Notes under the pieces: generated by a model
Databases searched by the model: none
The model's input: only the letters and a program-made list of their open reading frames with translations
What the model was told of the DNA's origin: nothing
Translations under genes and position numbers: made by a program
Source of the DNA: Myxococcota bacterium
Lineage (GTDB): Bacteria > Myxococcota_A > UBA796 > UBA2385
Assembly (NCBI GenBank): GCA_044344255.1
Contig: JBIJDH010000035.1
Location: forward strand, 1 to 55,881
Direction: 5' to 3'
DNA length: 55,881 bases
Part shown: positions 18,377-29,318 of the stretch, one piece after another
Layout: each line of letters starts with the position of its first letter
How positions within the stretch are numbered: the first letter of the stretch is position 1

Positions 18377-20318
18377 GCGCTGCGCTCCGGCCCCCTCCCC
18401 TCGGCGCCCCGACCGGTCGCCCAGAGGCAGAGGCCGAGCAGTGGAACCGCCACGATCTGGTAGGCCAGTGGCGGATCCTCGCTGAACCAGCCGAGCTCGC
18501 TGCCCGCGAGCAGCAGGCCGTTGTTGAGCGCGTGGATGACGATCGGGAGCGCCAGCGATCCGCCCCGCAGCGCGAACAGGCCGAGCACGACGCCGAGGGC
18601 GCCGGTCGGCACGATGCGAAACAGCATCATGTGCAGCCCCCCGAAGAGCAGACCCACGACGAGGGCCCGGGGGAGCGGCGCCAGGCTCCGGCGGAGCAGA
18701 CCGAGGAGGGCCCCGCGGAAGAGCAGCTCCTCGCAGACCGCCGGCAGCAGCGCGAAGACGAGCAGGATCACCGGCAACGGTAGGTCGATTTCGAATGCGG
18801 CCGCGAATTCGCGGATGATCGCGCTCGAGGTCGGGAGGAGCGGGGCCTGGGCGCGGGCGACGAGGCTCCCGAGGCCCGGCGCGCAGAGGCCCGCGACGAG
18901 CGCCAGCCCGAGGTCGCGCCCACGCGGTCGGCGGAGGGCGAGGGTCTCCCGCACGGGGAGGCCCAGCCACCAGGGGGCGAGCAGCGCCGGCGCGCCGATC
19001 AAGACCACCTGGGTGAAGATCAGCCCCAGCACGAGATCGCGAGCCTGTGCGAGCTGGCCGAAGAACCAGAAGAGCACGAGGACCAGCGCGTAGAGCAGGG
19101 CGGCGTCGGCGCCGTACTGGTGGGCGGCGCGCCTGCGCCCGGGGCCGGTCTCCCCGAGCAGCACCGCCTCCCGGCCGAGGCGATCGCGCGCGAGCCACAG
19201 GAGCCCGGCGGCCTCGGTGAAGGCCGCGAGGGTGGCGAGGGCCCCCAAGGCCGGATCGAGCACGCCGGCCGCGGCGTCTCGGAGGGCGAGGGCGGGGCCG
19301 CCGATGGGGAGGAGCGCCGTCAAGGGGCCGAGCGACAACCCCGGCCAGGCCGCGACGCCGCCCAGGGCGAGGAGCCCGATCAGCAGCGGCAGGGAGAGGG
19401 TCTGTCCGTGCCGGTAGTCGCGCGCCTCGCTGGCGACGAGGATGCAGGCGGCGCCCACCATCCCGGCGAGGGGAACGAGCAGGAGCGCGCTCAGGCCGAG
19501 CAGCCCGCCGCTCACCCCGACGCTCTCCACTACGCCCCCCCCGTTGCCCGCGGCCCCCGCGAGCAGGCCATAGCTCAAGCCGATCTGGAGGGTCAGGAGG
19601 CCGAGGAGGCCCACCAGCAGCGTGAAGCCAAGCACCACGGCGCCCTTGCCGAGCACCACGGCCCGCCGGTCGACCCGGGTGGTGAGCAGGGTCTCGAGGG
19701 TGCCCCGCTCCTTCTCGCCCGCGAAGAGATCGAGGGCGGTGTAGAGGCTGGCGGAGCCCAGCAGGAAGACGAGCAGGGCCGGGAGCAAGCGTCCGAGGCG
19801 GAGGCCATCGCGCTCCTCGGCGCTGAGCCCGTCCACGGTGCGCACCTGCACGAGCTCGTCGGGGCCGATCGGTGAGCCGGCGGTCGCCCACCGCTCGTCC
19901 TGCTCGGCCCGCCGGCCTCGCTCCAGCACCGCGGTGAGGCGAGCGGAGGCGGTGCGGCCCTGGGCGCTGGAGGCGGCGTATCGGATGATCGCCCCGGCGC
20001 CGTTCGCGGGCAGGACCACGATCGCGTGTACGATCTCGCTGGCGGTCTCCGCCTCTGCGGTGCCAGCCAGCGCGCCCTCGGCCACGAGCTCGATGTGGTC
20101 GTCCTCCTTCAGCCACGCGGCGAGGTCGGGGCTCGACCGCACGCGGAGGGGCTCGGTCTCCTGCCGCGCGACGGCCGCCTGCTCAGCCCGGCTCCCCAGG
20201 CCCAGCAGCAGCGGCGTCATCAAGAGGGGCAGGCCGACCGCCAACAGCAGGGCGAAGGGGTCCTTGAGGAGGACCCGCAGCTCGCCGCGGAGGATGCGAC
20301 GCGTGTCGCCGGCGAGGC

Positions 20319-20322
<4 letters not shown>
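18337..20322 (-). CDS. NatB-like ABC permease fused to CPBP/Abi (CAAX) intramembrane metalloprotease
   Basis: AGEKERGTLETLL (NatB-type). C-terminal EELLFRG, FGGLH, HALNN. Confidence 0.9.
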
Positions 20323-21052
<730 letters not shown>

Positions 21053-21056
<4 letters not shown>

Positions 21057-22273
21057 CGACCACGCTCCAGCAGGCGAGAGAGCCAGCGCGGCCGCTCGCC
21101 GAACAGGGTGGACTCGCGGCCGAGCAGCGCGGCGGCGAGCGAGATGGTGCCCAGCGCCACCGAGAGGTTGACCGCGGCGGCGAGCAGCGCGAGGTGCGGC
21201 GCGGCGCCCTCCGCCGAGAGCGCGTCCCGGAGGATCAAGGCGGCGTTGCCGACGGGGAGTGTTGCGGCGCCGAGCGTGAGCTCCGCCTGCCCCACCACCA
21301 GGCCGAGCGAGGGCAGCAGGAAGAGGAGCGTAGAGGCCGATCCCAGCGTAGTTGCCTCCTTGAGCGTCTTGGCGGGGATCATCGAGAGGAGCAGCAGGCC
21401 GACCACCGCGAGCATCGCGCTCGCCATCACGGGTACGGCGACGAGGAGCTGCGACAGATCCACGTCGAGGGGGACGCGCTCTGCGTCCGCGCTCAAGCTC
21501 GCGAGCAAAGAGCCGGTGGTCAGCGCCATCCCCACGGCGTTTCCGAGGATGGAGATCCCCATCATCACGCTCACGGCCACCACCTTTCCCAGCGCCACCC
21601 AGCGCCGCGGGGCGGCGGCGACCAGGGTGGTCTCGAGGGTGCCGCGCTCCCGCTCCCCGGTGATGGCCTCCGCGGCCGGGTAGAGACCCGAGAGGATCAA
21701 GCTGGAGATCAGGGTCGCGGGCAGGATGAGGCCCATCAAGGAGGCGAAGAAGCGACCCGGCGGCGAGACGTCCTCCGGCTCGATCGACCAGGGATCCTCG
21801 GCGAGGCTCGGATCTCCGAGCAGGGCCGCGAGCCCCTGGGCGCGCTGCCCTCGGAGCTCGCCCAAGCGCCCCTCGGCGAGGGCGAGGGCGCCGGCCGAGC
21901 GCGGCAGGTTCGAGCGGTGTAAGACCTCGACCTCCCCGCCCGGCCCGCCAGACTCGATGAGCACGAGATCGAGCTCTCCCGCTGCGAGGGCTCGCTCCGG
22001 GGTGAGGCCTTCGGCGAGGTCTACCCGACGGAAGGGCTCCTCGGAGAAGGCCTCCACGAGGTCATCGGGGCCCTGCGCGAAGACCCTGGGCGGATCCTGC
22101 TCCCTCACTCCGTCTTCCAGCATCGCGAGCTGGATCCCTCCCCACGAGAGCAAGGGGTACAGCAGCAGCGGCACGCCGAAGGAGAAGAGCAGCACGTTGG
22201 TGTCGCGCAGCCCCTCCTTGAGCTCCTTCTCGATCACGGCCCCGAGCAGGCGGGCTCGAGATCGACGTGCCAT
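21053..22273 (-). CDS. NatB-like ABC permease
   Basis: KELKEGLRD N-terminus, TGERERGTLETTL, multiple TMs. Confidence 0.9.
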
Positions 22274-22277
22274 CGCC

Positions 22278-23540
22278 TCAGCGGACCACGTGAAGGACGA
22301 GCAGCAGCACGATGACCAACCCCTGAACCAGGATCACCCCGACGAAGGCCCTGCGGGGCACGGCGTCGAGGAGTCCGCGCGGCGGAGGCGGCGGGGGCGT
22401 GATGGTGCCCCGGTGGGGAGGCTCGGAGCGCGGCCCGTCCCGACTGACCGTGCCCTGGACCCGCGTGCCGAACACCGGGGTGCCGGGATCGCTGCGGTCC
22501 GGGCGGCCGCGGGCGCTCCCACCCGGTGGGTCGACCATCGGCTGGGTGTCACCCGCCGACTGCTCGACCAGGACGCGGCCGATATCGGCGCTGTCACCCT
22601 TCTCGCGGGTCTCGGCCTCGCGGACGAGCAGGCGCGGCACCGCGGAGTCGGCCCAGTCACGGAGCCAGGGCGTCGGGGTGCCGGAGCGGATGCGCCGGCA
22701 GACCCGCTCAACGCTCTGGGCGTCCGGCCGATCCGCTGGCTCGTAGGCCATCATCTCGAGCAGCAGGCTCTGGATCGGGTGAGCGGCGGCGCGAATCTCG
22801 GCATGCTCGGAGCGGTTGAGCGCGCTCCTCACGGTGTCGAGCACCGTGGTGAGGAAGGTGGCGTGCTCCGCCTCCCGCACCGGCGGCTCCGGGAAGCGCT
22901 TGCCGGTGAGGAGGTTGGCCAGCACGATGCCGAGGGCGTAGACGTCGCCCTTGTGGCCCTCGACGCCGGTGCGCCGCTCAGGGGCCATGTAGCGCACCGA
23001 GCCCATCACGAAGTCGCCGCTCTCCTTGGACTCTCGTGTGGAGAACTCGGCCCGGGCCACCCCGAAGTCGAGCAGCTTCGCCTCTCCCTGACGGGTGATG
23101 CGCACGTTGCTGGGCTTGATGTCCCGGTGGACGAGGCGCAGGGCCTCCCCGGTGTCCTGCACCCGCACGGTGTAGGCGGCGTCGAGGGCCCCGGCGACCT
23201 CCTCGATGATCTCGAGGCTCGTGCCGACCGGCGGCAGCGCGAACTTGATGATGAAGGAGAGATCGACGCCGTCGATGAACTCCATCACCACGCCCCAACC
23301 CTCGCGGAGCGGGACGAGGCTGTTGACCCCCACCACCGAGCGGTGGCGGATGAGCCCGAGCACGCGGGCCTCATCGCGCATCCGACGTGCGATGTCGGTG
23401 GAGGCGCTCCCTTCGTAGTGCATCACCTTGAGGGCGACCTGCTTCGAGAAGCCGCCTGCGTCGGTCATCTCAGCGCGGTACACCGTGCCGAAGCCGCCCC
23501 TACCGAGCGTCTCCAGGACCTTGAACTTCCGGTGGTTCAC
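22278..23540 (-). CDS. Serine/threonine protein kinase with C-terminal TM
   Basis: GRGGFG, VALK, HRDIKPSN, DFG, APE all intact. Start uncertain (23540-23648). Confidence 0.93.
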   Translation of the reverse strand: MNHRKFKVLETLGRGGFGTVYRAEMTDAGGFSKQVALKVMHYEGSASTDIARRMRDEARVLGLIRHRSVVGVNSLVPLREGWGVVMEFIDGVDLSFIIKFALPPVGTSLEIIEEVAGALDAAYTVRVQDTGEALRLVHRDIKPSNVRITRQGEAKLLDFGVARAEFSTRESKESGDFVMGSVRYMAPERRTGVEGHKGDVYALGIVLANLLTGKRFPEPPVREAEHATFLTTVLDTVRSALNRSEHAEIRAAAHPIQSLLLEMMAYEPADRPDAQSVERVCRRIRSGTPTPWLRDWADSAVPRLLVREAETREKGDSADIGRVLVEQSAGDTQPMVDPPGGSARGRPDRSDPGTPVFGTRVQGTVSRDGPRSEPPHRGTITPPPPPPRGLLDAVPRRAFVGVILVQGLVIVLLLVLHVVR

Positions 23541-23771
23541 GGGTATCTCACGGATGATCTTCCCGTTCTGTACCCCGCGGCCGAAGGGACCCGAGGGTTG
23601 CTTCTGTAGGAGACAATCGACAATAGCGCGGGGGGCTCGCCGACTCAAGGTACGCAGGGGCGATGCTCACCCCGGCCCGCAGAGGGTGAAATAAAAGCAC
23701 CGCGGGCTATGTCTCCTCTACCTGCGCTCCGCCGGCGGCGACATGATGTTCAACCGCCCAGAGGTCAAGTG

Positions 23772-24620
23772 ATGGACGAGGGTGTCCCGCCCGTGAAGAC
23801 CGCGCCTGAGAAGAGGCGCCTTCGCTTGATCGACCCCTTCCTCGCCGAGGCCTACTTCGTCGTGCTGGGCTGGTCGGCGATCATGTTCATCATCTCGATG
23901 TTGCCGGTCGGTGACCTGGAGGAGTTCTTGGACGGCGGCTCCGGGGACGAGGGCAATTACCTCGACGGCGCCGAGGTCTCCTTCGACGGCGGCTACACCG
24001 ACGTGCCCACCGACGTCCCCAACATCGACGCCGAGGCAGAGCCCGCGGTCGAGGCCCGGGCGCCGCGCTCCAGCGCCGCCCCCGATCCGTTCGCGGTGAA
24101 GGACCCCACCAAGCCCGCCGAGGAGGCCCCGGTGCCCGACGCCGTCCCGGGCGCCGAGCAGGACGGTGAAGACGAAGAGGACGAGGAGGCCGTGGTCGCG
24201 GGCGGTGCTCCCCCGCCTGCGGGCGGCGGCGCTGGCGGCGGTGGCAAGAAGAAGAAGAAGTGCCTGCCCGACGACGCCCGCATCAACCCCACGGGCCCCG
24301 CGAGCTTTGAGGTCGACCGAGAGCTGATCGAGTTCTACGCCAGCCACATGAACCAGGCGATGAAGCTCGCGGCCACCTACTGGCACAAGGACGGCGAGGG
24401 CGATGTGGACGGCTTCATCGTCAAGCACATGCGCTGCGGGAGCCCGCTCCACCAGGCCGGGCTGCGCAACAACGACGTCATCCACGCCGTGAACAACAAG
24501 GAGGTCACCACCATCGCCCAGGCGCTCGGCGCCTTCCGGAAGGTGAAGCGGAAGGACGTCCTGAAGGTCGACATCACCCGCAAGGGCCAGAAGATGCGCC
24601 TGCGCTACGACGTGACCTGA
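23772..24620 (+). CDS. Membrane-anchored PDZ protein resembling the C-terminal part of GspC
   Basis: N-terminal TM, acidic linker, then FEVDR...DGF......GS....GL...DVI.AVN...DITRKG...LRY. Confidence 0.75.
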   Translation: MDEGVPPVKTAPEKRRLRLIDPFLAEAYFVVLGWSAIMFIISMLPVGDLEEFLDGGSGDEGNYLDGAEVSFDGGYTDVPTDVPNIDAEAEPAVEARAPRSSAAPDPFAVKDPTKPAEEAPVPDAVPGAEQDGEDEEDEEAVVAGGAPPPAGGGAGGGGKKKKKCLPDDARINPTGPASFEVDRELIEFYASHMNQAMKLAATYWHKDGEGDVDGFIVKHMRCGSPLHQAGLRNNDVIHAVNNKEVTTIAQALGAFRKVKRKDVLKVDITRKGQKMRLRYDVT

Positions 24621-24714
24621 GCGCCACTCCGTCGCCGCCCCGCCCTACCGAGGGAGTGAGGCGGGCGCCGTACTCCGGCCCCGGCCTCGCCCTCGCCGCC
24701 CCTGCCGGCCGCGG

Positions 24715-25839
24715 TCAGCGCTCCGGGGGCTTGGTGCCCTGGAGCAAGTACTCGACCGCGTCCAAGGCGAGCTGCTCGTCCTGGTTGGAGAAGACATGCG
24801 CGGCGTCGCCGATGTCGGCCACCCATGCGGTGTCGATGGCGGAGATGCGCGCGGCGGTGGCGTCCGAGGTGCCGATCGGCTGGCGGGTGTCGGCGCTCGA
24901 CCAGATGTAGGCGATCCGCGGTGGGAGGACGGCCTCGCTCGTGCCGTACAGCGACCAAGTGTCGAGCGCGGGGATGTTGTCTGCGCCGAAGATACGCTCG
25001 ATCCCCACGATCTCATCCGCGAAGGTCTGGGAGTCGCCGTAATAGGCGCTCAGACGGTCGGGGGGGCTGTCGAGGAGGATGCCGGCTGGCTTCGGCACGT
25101 CGGGGTGGTTCAACACCTCCACCACGCCTCGGGCGCCATCGCCGAGGCCGAGCAGGTAGATCTGGTTGGTGTCGATGCCGCCTGCGTTCGCGAGGTCGAT
25201 GCCGCGATCGGCCCGGAAGGAGGGCTCGAAGATCGACTTCAACATCCAGTAGGCGACAGAGCGCCCGTTCCGATCGAAGCCCTCCTCTTCCGAGGGACCG
25301 TCCTGATAGCCCTCCTCGTTGTGCCAAAGGTCTCCCCAGCAATTTCCGGGGTAGAGCTGCACGAAGCCGGCGTCGGTGAGGGCGGCGGTGAGCGTGCCGA
25401 GGTTCTGCTCGGAGGGATCGACCTCGGCGCCGGCCATCCCCAGGGTCTCGGCCACCTTCCCGACGGCCCAGCCCCGGCTCAGCCGGGAGTCGCCCTGGTA
25501 GTGCACGCCGCCGACGGCGTTGGTGGGATCGGGATCCACGACGTAGTCGAAGGCGCCCGAGTGCAGGACGATCGCGACGGGCGCGTTCCCCTCGTTGCCG
25601 GTGCGGTACACGGCGAAGACGCGGGCTGGTTCGCCGTCCGGGCAGGCGATGTCGAGATCGTAGGCGCTGACCACCGCGTCATCGGCGCGGAGGTATGGGC
25701 TCTCGTAGGGCACCTCGGAGAAGTCGAGGGCCGCGAGATCGGCGTACGGCTTGGAGCACCCCACGAGGACCAGCGTGGCGGCGCTCGCCCCCAGGTGGAC
25801 AAGGGGCGGGCTAAGGCGAAAGGTACGGGAGGCCGTCAC
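24715..25839 (-). CDS. Lipoprotein, probable alpha/beta-hydrolase-like fold
   Basis: Lipobox LVGC. VAIVLHSG, YLLGLGDG elbow-like motif, AHVF near the C-terminus. Confidence 0.7.
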   Translation of the reverse strand: MTASRTFRLSPPLVHLGASAATLVLVGCSKPYADLAALDFSEVPYESPYLRADDAVVSAYDLDIACPDGEPARVFAVYRTGNEGNAPVAIVLHSGAFDYVVDPDPTNAVGGVHYQGDSRLSRGWAVGKVAETLGMAGAEVDPSEQNLGTLTAALTDAGFVQLYPGNCWGDLWHNEEGYQDGPSEEEGFDRNGRSVAYWMLKSIFEPSFRADRGIDLANAGGIDTNQIYLLGLGDGARGVVEVLNHPDVPKPAGILLDSPPDRLSAYYGDSQTFADEIVGIERIFGADNIPALDTWSLYGTSEAVLPPRIAYIWSSADTRQPIGTSDATAARISAIDTAWVADIGDAAHVFSNQDEQLALDAVEYLLQGTKPPER

Positions 25840-25936
25840 AGGAGACTCCGGCAGCGAGACCCGCTCAGTATACCCGGTGCGGTCGCCCCCGTCCGGCGGC
25901 CGCGACGGATAGAGTGCCGCGCGCGGAGGGCTGCGG

Positions 25937-26422
25937 ATGCGGTGGGGCTTGCTGGATGGAATCGAAGAGCTCGTGGTCGGCGAGCGGGCCCGCGGCTTCC
26001 GCGTCTGGTCTGCCTCGCTCCCCTTCTTCGAGGATCACTTTCCGAAATTCCCGGTGGTGCCCGGTGTACTCACGCTCGAGTCGCTGGCTCAGCTCTCCGG
26101 GAAGCTGATCGGCTACACGGTCCGTCAGCAGCGCGGAGATTGGCCCTTCCCCATCTTGAGCATGATGGAAGGGGTGAAATTCCGGAAGTTCATTCGGCCG
26201 GAGGAGCGCGTCGTGCTCGACACCCGCATCGTCCACTTGCGCGACGAGATGGCCGCCTGCGAGGTGAAGGCCAGCGTGAACGGCAAGGTCCACGCGGTCG
26301 CGCAGCAGATCTTCGTCTTCAACGCCGTCCCGCTCAGTAACGAGGGGGACCGCCTCACGGTGGAGGCGGCCGAGCGTGCTGAGCTCCTCCGGCTCTGGCC
26401 CGCCTTCCCTGGGGACTTCTGA
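25937..26422 (+). CDS. FabZ/FabA-type 3-hydroxyacyl-ACP dehydratase
   Basis: FFEDHFP..PVVPGVL.LE.LAQ, VKFRKFIRP. Confidence 0.9.
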   Translation: MRWGLLDGIEELVVGERARGFRVWSASLPFFEDHFPKFPVVPGVLTLESLAQLSGKLIGYTVRQQRGDWPFPILSMMEGVKFRKFIRPEERVVLDTRIVHLRDEMAACEVKASVNGKVHAVAQQIFVFNAVPLSNEGDRLTVEAAERAELLRLWPAFPGDF

Positions 26423-27651
26423 TGATTCAGGATCGTCGTCGTGTCGTCGTCACCGGGATCGGGATGATCACACCGCTCGGGCGAGGGGTGAACCGGAGCT
26501 GGGAGGCTGTCCTGCGCGGGGAGAACGCCGTCGGCCCCATCCGGCGCTTTGACGCCAGCCGCTTCCCTGTACAGTTCGCCGCCGAAGTGGCAGACCCCGG
26601 CCCCAGCGTGGCCCTGCCTCCGGGTGTCGCCTACCTCGCCGCTGACCTCAAGGGTCGCCTCGCGGTCGCGGCGGCCCGGGAGGCCCTCGACATGGCTGGC
26701 CTCACCGAAGGTGGGCCCCGGGTGGGCGTGTGCATCGGCTCGGAGGCCTCCCGCCCTCCCCTCGCCGAGACCTCCGCCCAGGTCTGCGGCGGCATCCTGC
26801 CGGTCGCCCACGACCTCCAGCGGATGTCTCCGGACGCCCCCACCCGCTTCCTCTCGGCCCTGATCGGCGCCACTGGCCCGCGGAGCACCATCTCCACCGC
26901 GTGTACAAGCTCCTCACAGGCCGTCGGCGAGGGCATGCTCTCCATCCGGCGGGGCGACGCAGACGCCATGCTGGTCGGCGGGGTCGATGTGCTGGTCGAT
27001 CCGATCATGGTCACCGGCTTCTCCTTGCTCGGCGCCCTCTCTACCCGGAACGACGAGCCCACCCGGGCCAGCCGCCCCTTTGACATCGGGCGAGACGGCT
27101 TCGTCCTCGGCGAGGGCGCGGGCTTCCTCGTGCTCGAGGAGCGCGGGCGGGCCATGCGCCGCGGCGCGACCATCCTGGGCGAGCTCTCGGGCTTCGGTTG
27201 CTCCTGCAACGCTTACCGCATCACGGACTCCCCCCCCGACGGGCGCGGCGCCGGCTCCGCCATGACCGCTGGACTGCTCGACGCCGGGCTCCTCCCCGAG
27301 GAGATCGGCTACATCAACGCCCATGGCACCAGCACGCCGATGAACGACGCCAGCGAGACCCGCGGCATCGAGCGGGCCTTCGGCCACCTCGCCCAGCAGG
27401 TCTCCGTCTCCTCGACCAAGAGCATGATGGGCCACCTCGTGGCGGCCTGCGGCGCGGTCGAGGCCATCCTCTGCGTGTTGGCGGTCCGAGACGGCATCCT
27501 GCCTCCCACCATCAACCTCGACGAGCCCGATCCCGCCTGCGCGCTCAACCATGTTCAGAACGTGGCCCACGAGCGGCGGATCCGGCACGCGATGACGAAC
27601 GCCTTCGGCTTCGGGGGCTCGAACGGCACGCTCGTGGTCTCGGCCCCCTGA
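26422..27651 (+). CDS. Beta-ketoacyl-ACP synthase (FabF/KAS II family)
   Basis: TACTSS, NAHGTST, STKSMMGH, FGFGG (Cys-His-His triad). Confidence 0.93.
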   Translation: MIQDRRRVVVTGIGMITPLGRGVNRSWEAVLRGENAVGPIRRFDASRFPVQFAAEVADPGPSVALPPGVAYLAADLKGRLAVAAAREALDMAGLTEGGPRVGVCIGSEASRPPLAETSAQVCGGILPVAHDLQRMSPDAPTRFLSALIGATGPRSTISTACTSSSQAVGEGMLSIRRGDADAMLVGGVDVLVDPIMVTGFSLLGALSTRNDEPTRASRPFDIGRDGFVLGEGAGFLVLEERGRAMRRGATILGELSGFGCSCNAYRITDSPPDGRGAGSAMTAGLLDAGLLPEEIGYINAHGTSTPMNDASETRGIERAFGHLAQQVSVSSTKSMMGHLVAACGAVEAILCVLAVRDGILPPTINLDEPDPACALNHVQNVAHERRIRHAMTNAFGFGGSNGTLVVSAP

Positions 27652-27669
27652 TCGCTCGCCGGGCCGCGA

Positions 27670-29070
27670 TCAGATGTCGCCGTCGAGCCCGTCGCCGGGC
27701 GGGATCGGGGTCGCGACTGCAGCGGCAGCGAAGTTCATCTTGATGAGGATGTCTCGGTAGGGATTGCCGGAGAAGGTCTCGTGGTGCACGAGCTGGATCC
27801 AGCCCTTGACCTGGTCATCGAGGCTCGAGTCCGGCTTGTTGATCAGGCTCGCCCAGTAGCCATAGGGATCGTAGACGGAGCCCGAGGTCGTCGCGGCGTC
27901 GATCGCGAGCGTGAGGCAGTCTTGGAGCAGCGCGCCGGGCGCTGGCATCACGGTGTCGGCGCTGGAGGCGCCGGTGCGGTTGTTCCGGATGTCCCACGCG
28001 GCCCACCACTCGACGTGCCGCGCCACCACCTCATGAACGAAGGCGCGCCGCGTCTCGGCGAGCTGGGCGGCGGTGAGCGTGGTGCCGGTCCCTGCCAGAT
28101 CGCGGCTCTGGTCGGCCTCCACGGCCTTGGTGGGGGCGCCCCGGTTGCGGAAGTGGTTGAGCTCGTGGGCGAGCGACAGGGCCTCGCTGCGGCTCGAGTA
28201 CGAGTGATCGTCGGCCACGACGATCAAGGCGCGGGCGCCGTCCCGGCTCCAATAGCAGACCGCCCCCTTGCTGGTCGCCCGCGCCGCCGCGAAGGTGGCC
28301 CGGTCGGGGTCGTTCGGCGACAGGCGGCGGTTGAGGAGGCTGGGGAGCGAGGACTGGTGCACGATGCCGAGCAGGGACGCGTCCGAGAGGCCCTCGATGG
28401 CGAGCTCGTAGGAGTAGTAGGCGTCGCCGTCGAGGTCGCGCATGCCGGCCAGCGTCGAGGCGAGATCGGTGTCCAGGGCGCCCATCGAGACGTAGGGCGC
28501 GAGCTCCGAGCTGTCGGCGGTGATGCAGTGGATGAGGAAGTTGCTCTCATCGAGCAGGCGCTCTCCGGTGGCCGAGCCTCCGGCTGGCGCGACCTGATGC
28601 TGGGAGCCCGGCGCGCCGCCGTGGCCGAGCGGGCCGAGGCCCTGGTCGAGTGCAGACCAGGTCAGCGGGCCCACGACGCCGTCCGCCACGAGAGCCGACC
28701 GGCCTTGGAACTCGCGGACCGCGGCGTCGGTGAGCGGGCCGAATTGGCCGTCCTCGTGAAGGTCGGCGCCGTGCAGGTTGAGCCGCCGCTGGCACTCGGT
28801 CACCGAAGGTCCGTTGCTGCCCATGCGGATCATCGGCCGGGCGCCCCCGCCGTTGGGCGCGGTGACGGCGGGGGCCGCGACATTTCCCATCCCGGAGAGC
28901 CCCGCCTCGATCGGGCCGAGGCCCTGCGATCCGCCGCCCAGCTGGTCTCCCTGGCTGAGCCCCAGCTCAGCCAGCCGCGCCCCGTTCCCGGCGGTGCGGT
29001 CCTGGGGGCCAGCCTCGGGTGTCGGGGCGATGCGGCTCTCCGGGGCGTTGACACGGGGGGCAAAGGACAA
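27670..29070 (-). CDS. Peptidoglycan-binding domain protein with C-terminal HExxH domain
   Basis: G.SV...Q.RLN...DG.FGP.T..AV..FQ....L..DGVVGP.TW; AHELNH and a downstream HE. TTG 29070 follows GGAGG. Confidence 0.8.
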   Translation of the reverse strand: MSFAPRVNAPESRIAPTPEAGPQDRTAGNGARLAELGLSQGDQLGGGSQGLGPIEAGLSGMGNVAAPAVTAPNGGGARPMIRMGSNGPSVTECQRRLNLHGADLHEDGQFGPLTDAAVREFQGRSALVADGVVGPLTWSALDQGLGPLGHGGAPGSQHQVAPAGGSATGERLLDESNFLIHCITADSSELAPYVSMGALDTDLASTLAGMRDLDGDAYYSYELAIEGLSDASLLGIVHQSSLPSLLNRRLSPNDPDRATFAAARATSKGAVCYWSRDGARALIVVADDHSYSSRSEALSLAHELNHFRNRGAPTKAVEADQSRDLAGTGTTLTAAQLAETRRAFVHEVVARHVEWWAAWDIRNNRTGASSADTVMPAPGALLQDCLTLAIDAATTSGSVYDPYGYWASLINKPDSSLDDQVKGWIQLVHHETFSGNPYRDILIKMNFAAAAVATPIPPGDGLDGDI

Positions 29071-29150
29071 CAAAGGGACCTCCAAGGGGCGTCCTGACGC
29101 AGACGCCCACTAACCGACGAAGGCGAGCTCGAACCAACGAGGGGACTCTT

Positions 29151-29166
29151 AGCAATCGCTGTGCCA
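29151..29166 (-). promoter_or_regulatory. Sigma54 (-24/-12) promoter for the PG-binding gene
   Basis: Minus strand reads TGGCAC-AGCGA-TTGCT, an exact consensus, about 80 bp upstream of the start. Confidence 0.8.
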
Positions 29167-29180
29167 CCTTCAAAGGGCCG

Positions 29181-29208
29181 TGTGGGCGCCTGTGGGCGTT
29201 TGTGGGCG
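29181..29208. repeat. Three direct repeats TGTGGGCG at exact 10-bp period
   Basis: Copies start at 29181, 29191 and 29201. Confidence 0.8.
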
Positions 29209-29318
29209 GGGCGAGGGCTGCGGATGGCGAACCGGTTCACCGGGGTGCGCCGCAGTTCACGGCGCGGTGCCGAACGGTGGGCCGTCGGCTACGTTCGCGC
29301 CCCCGTCGCTCTGGTCCG

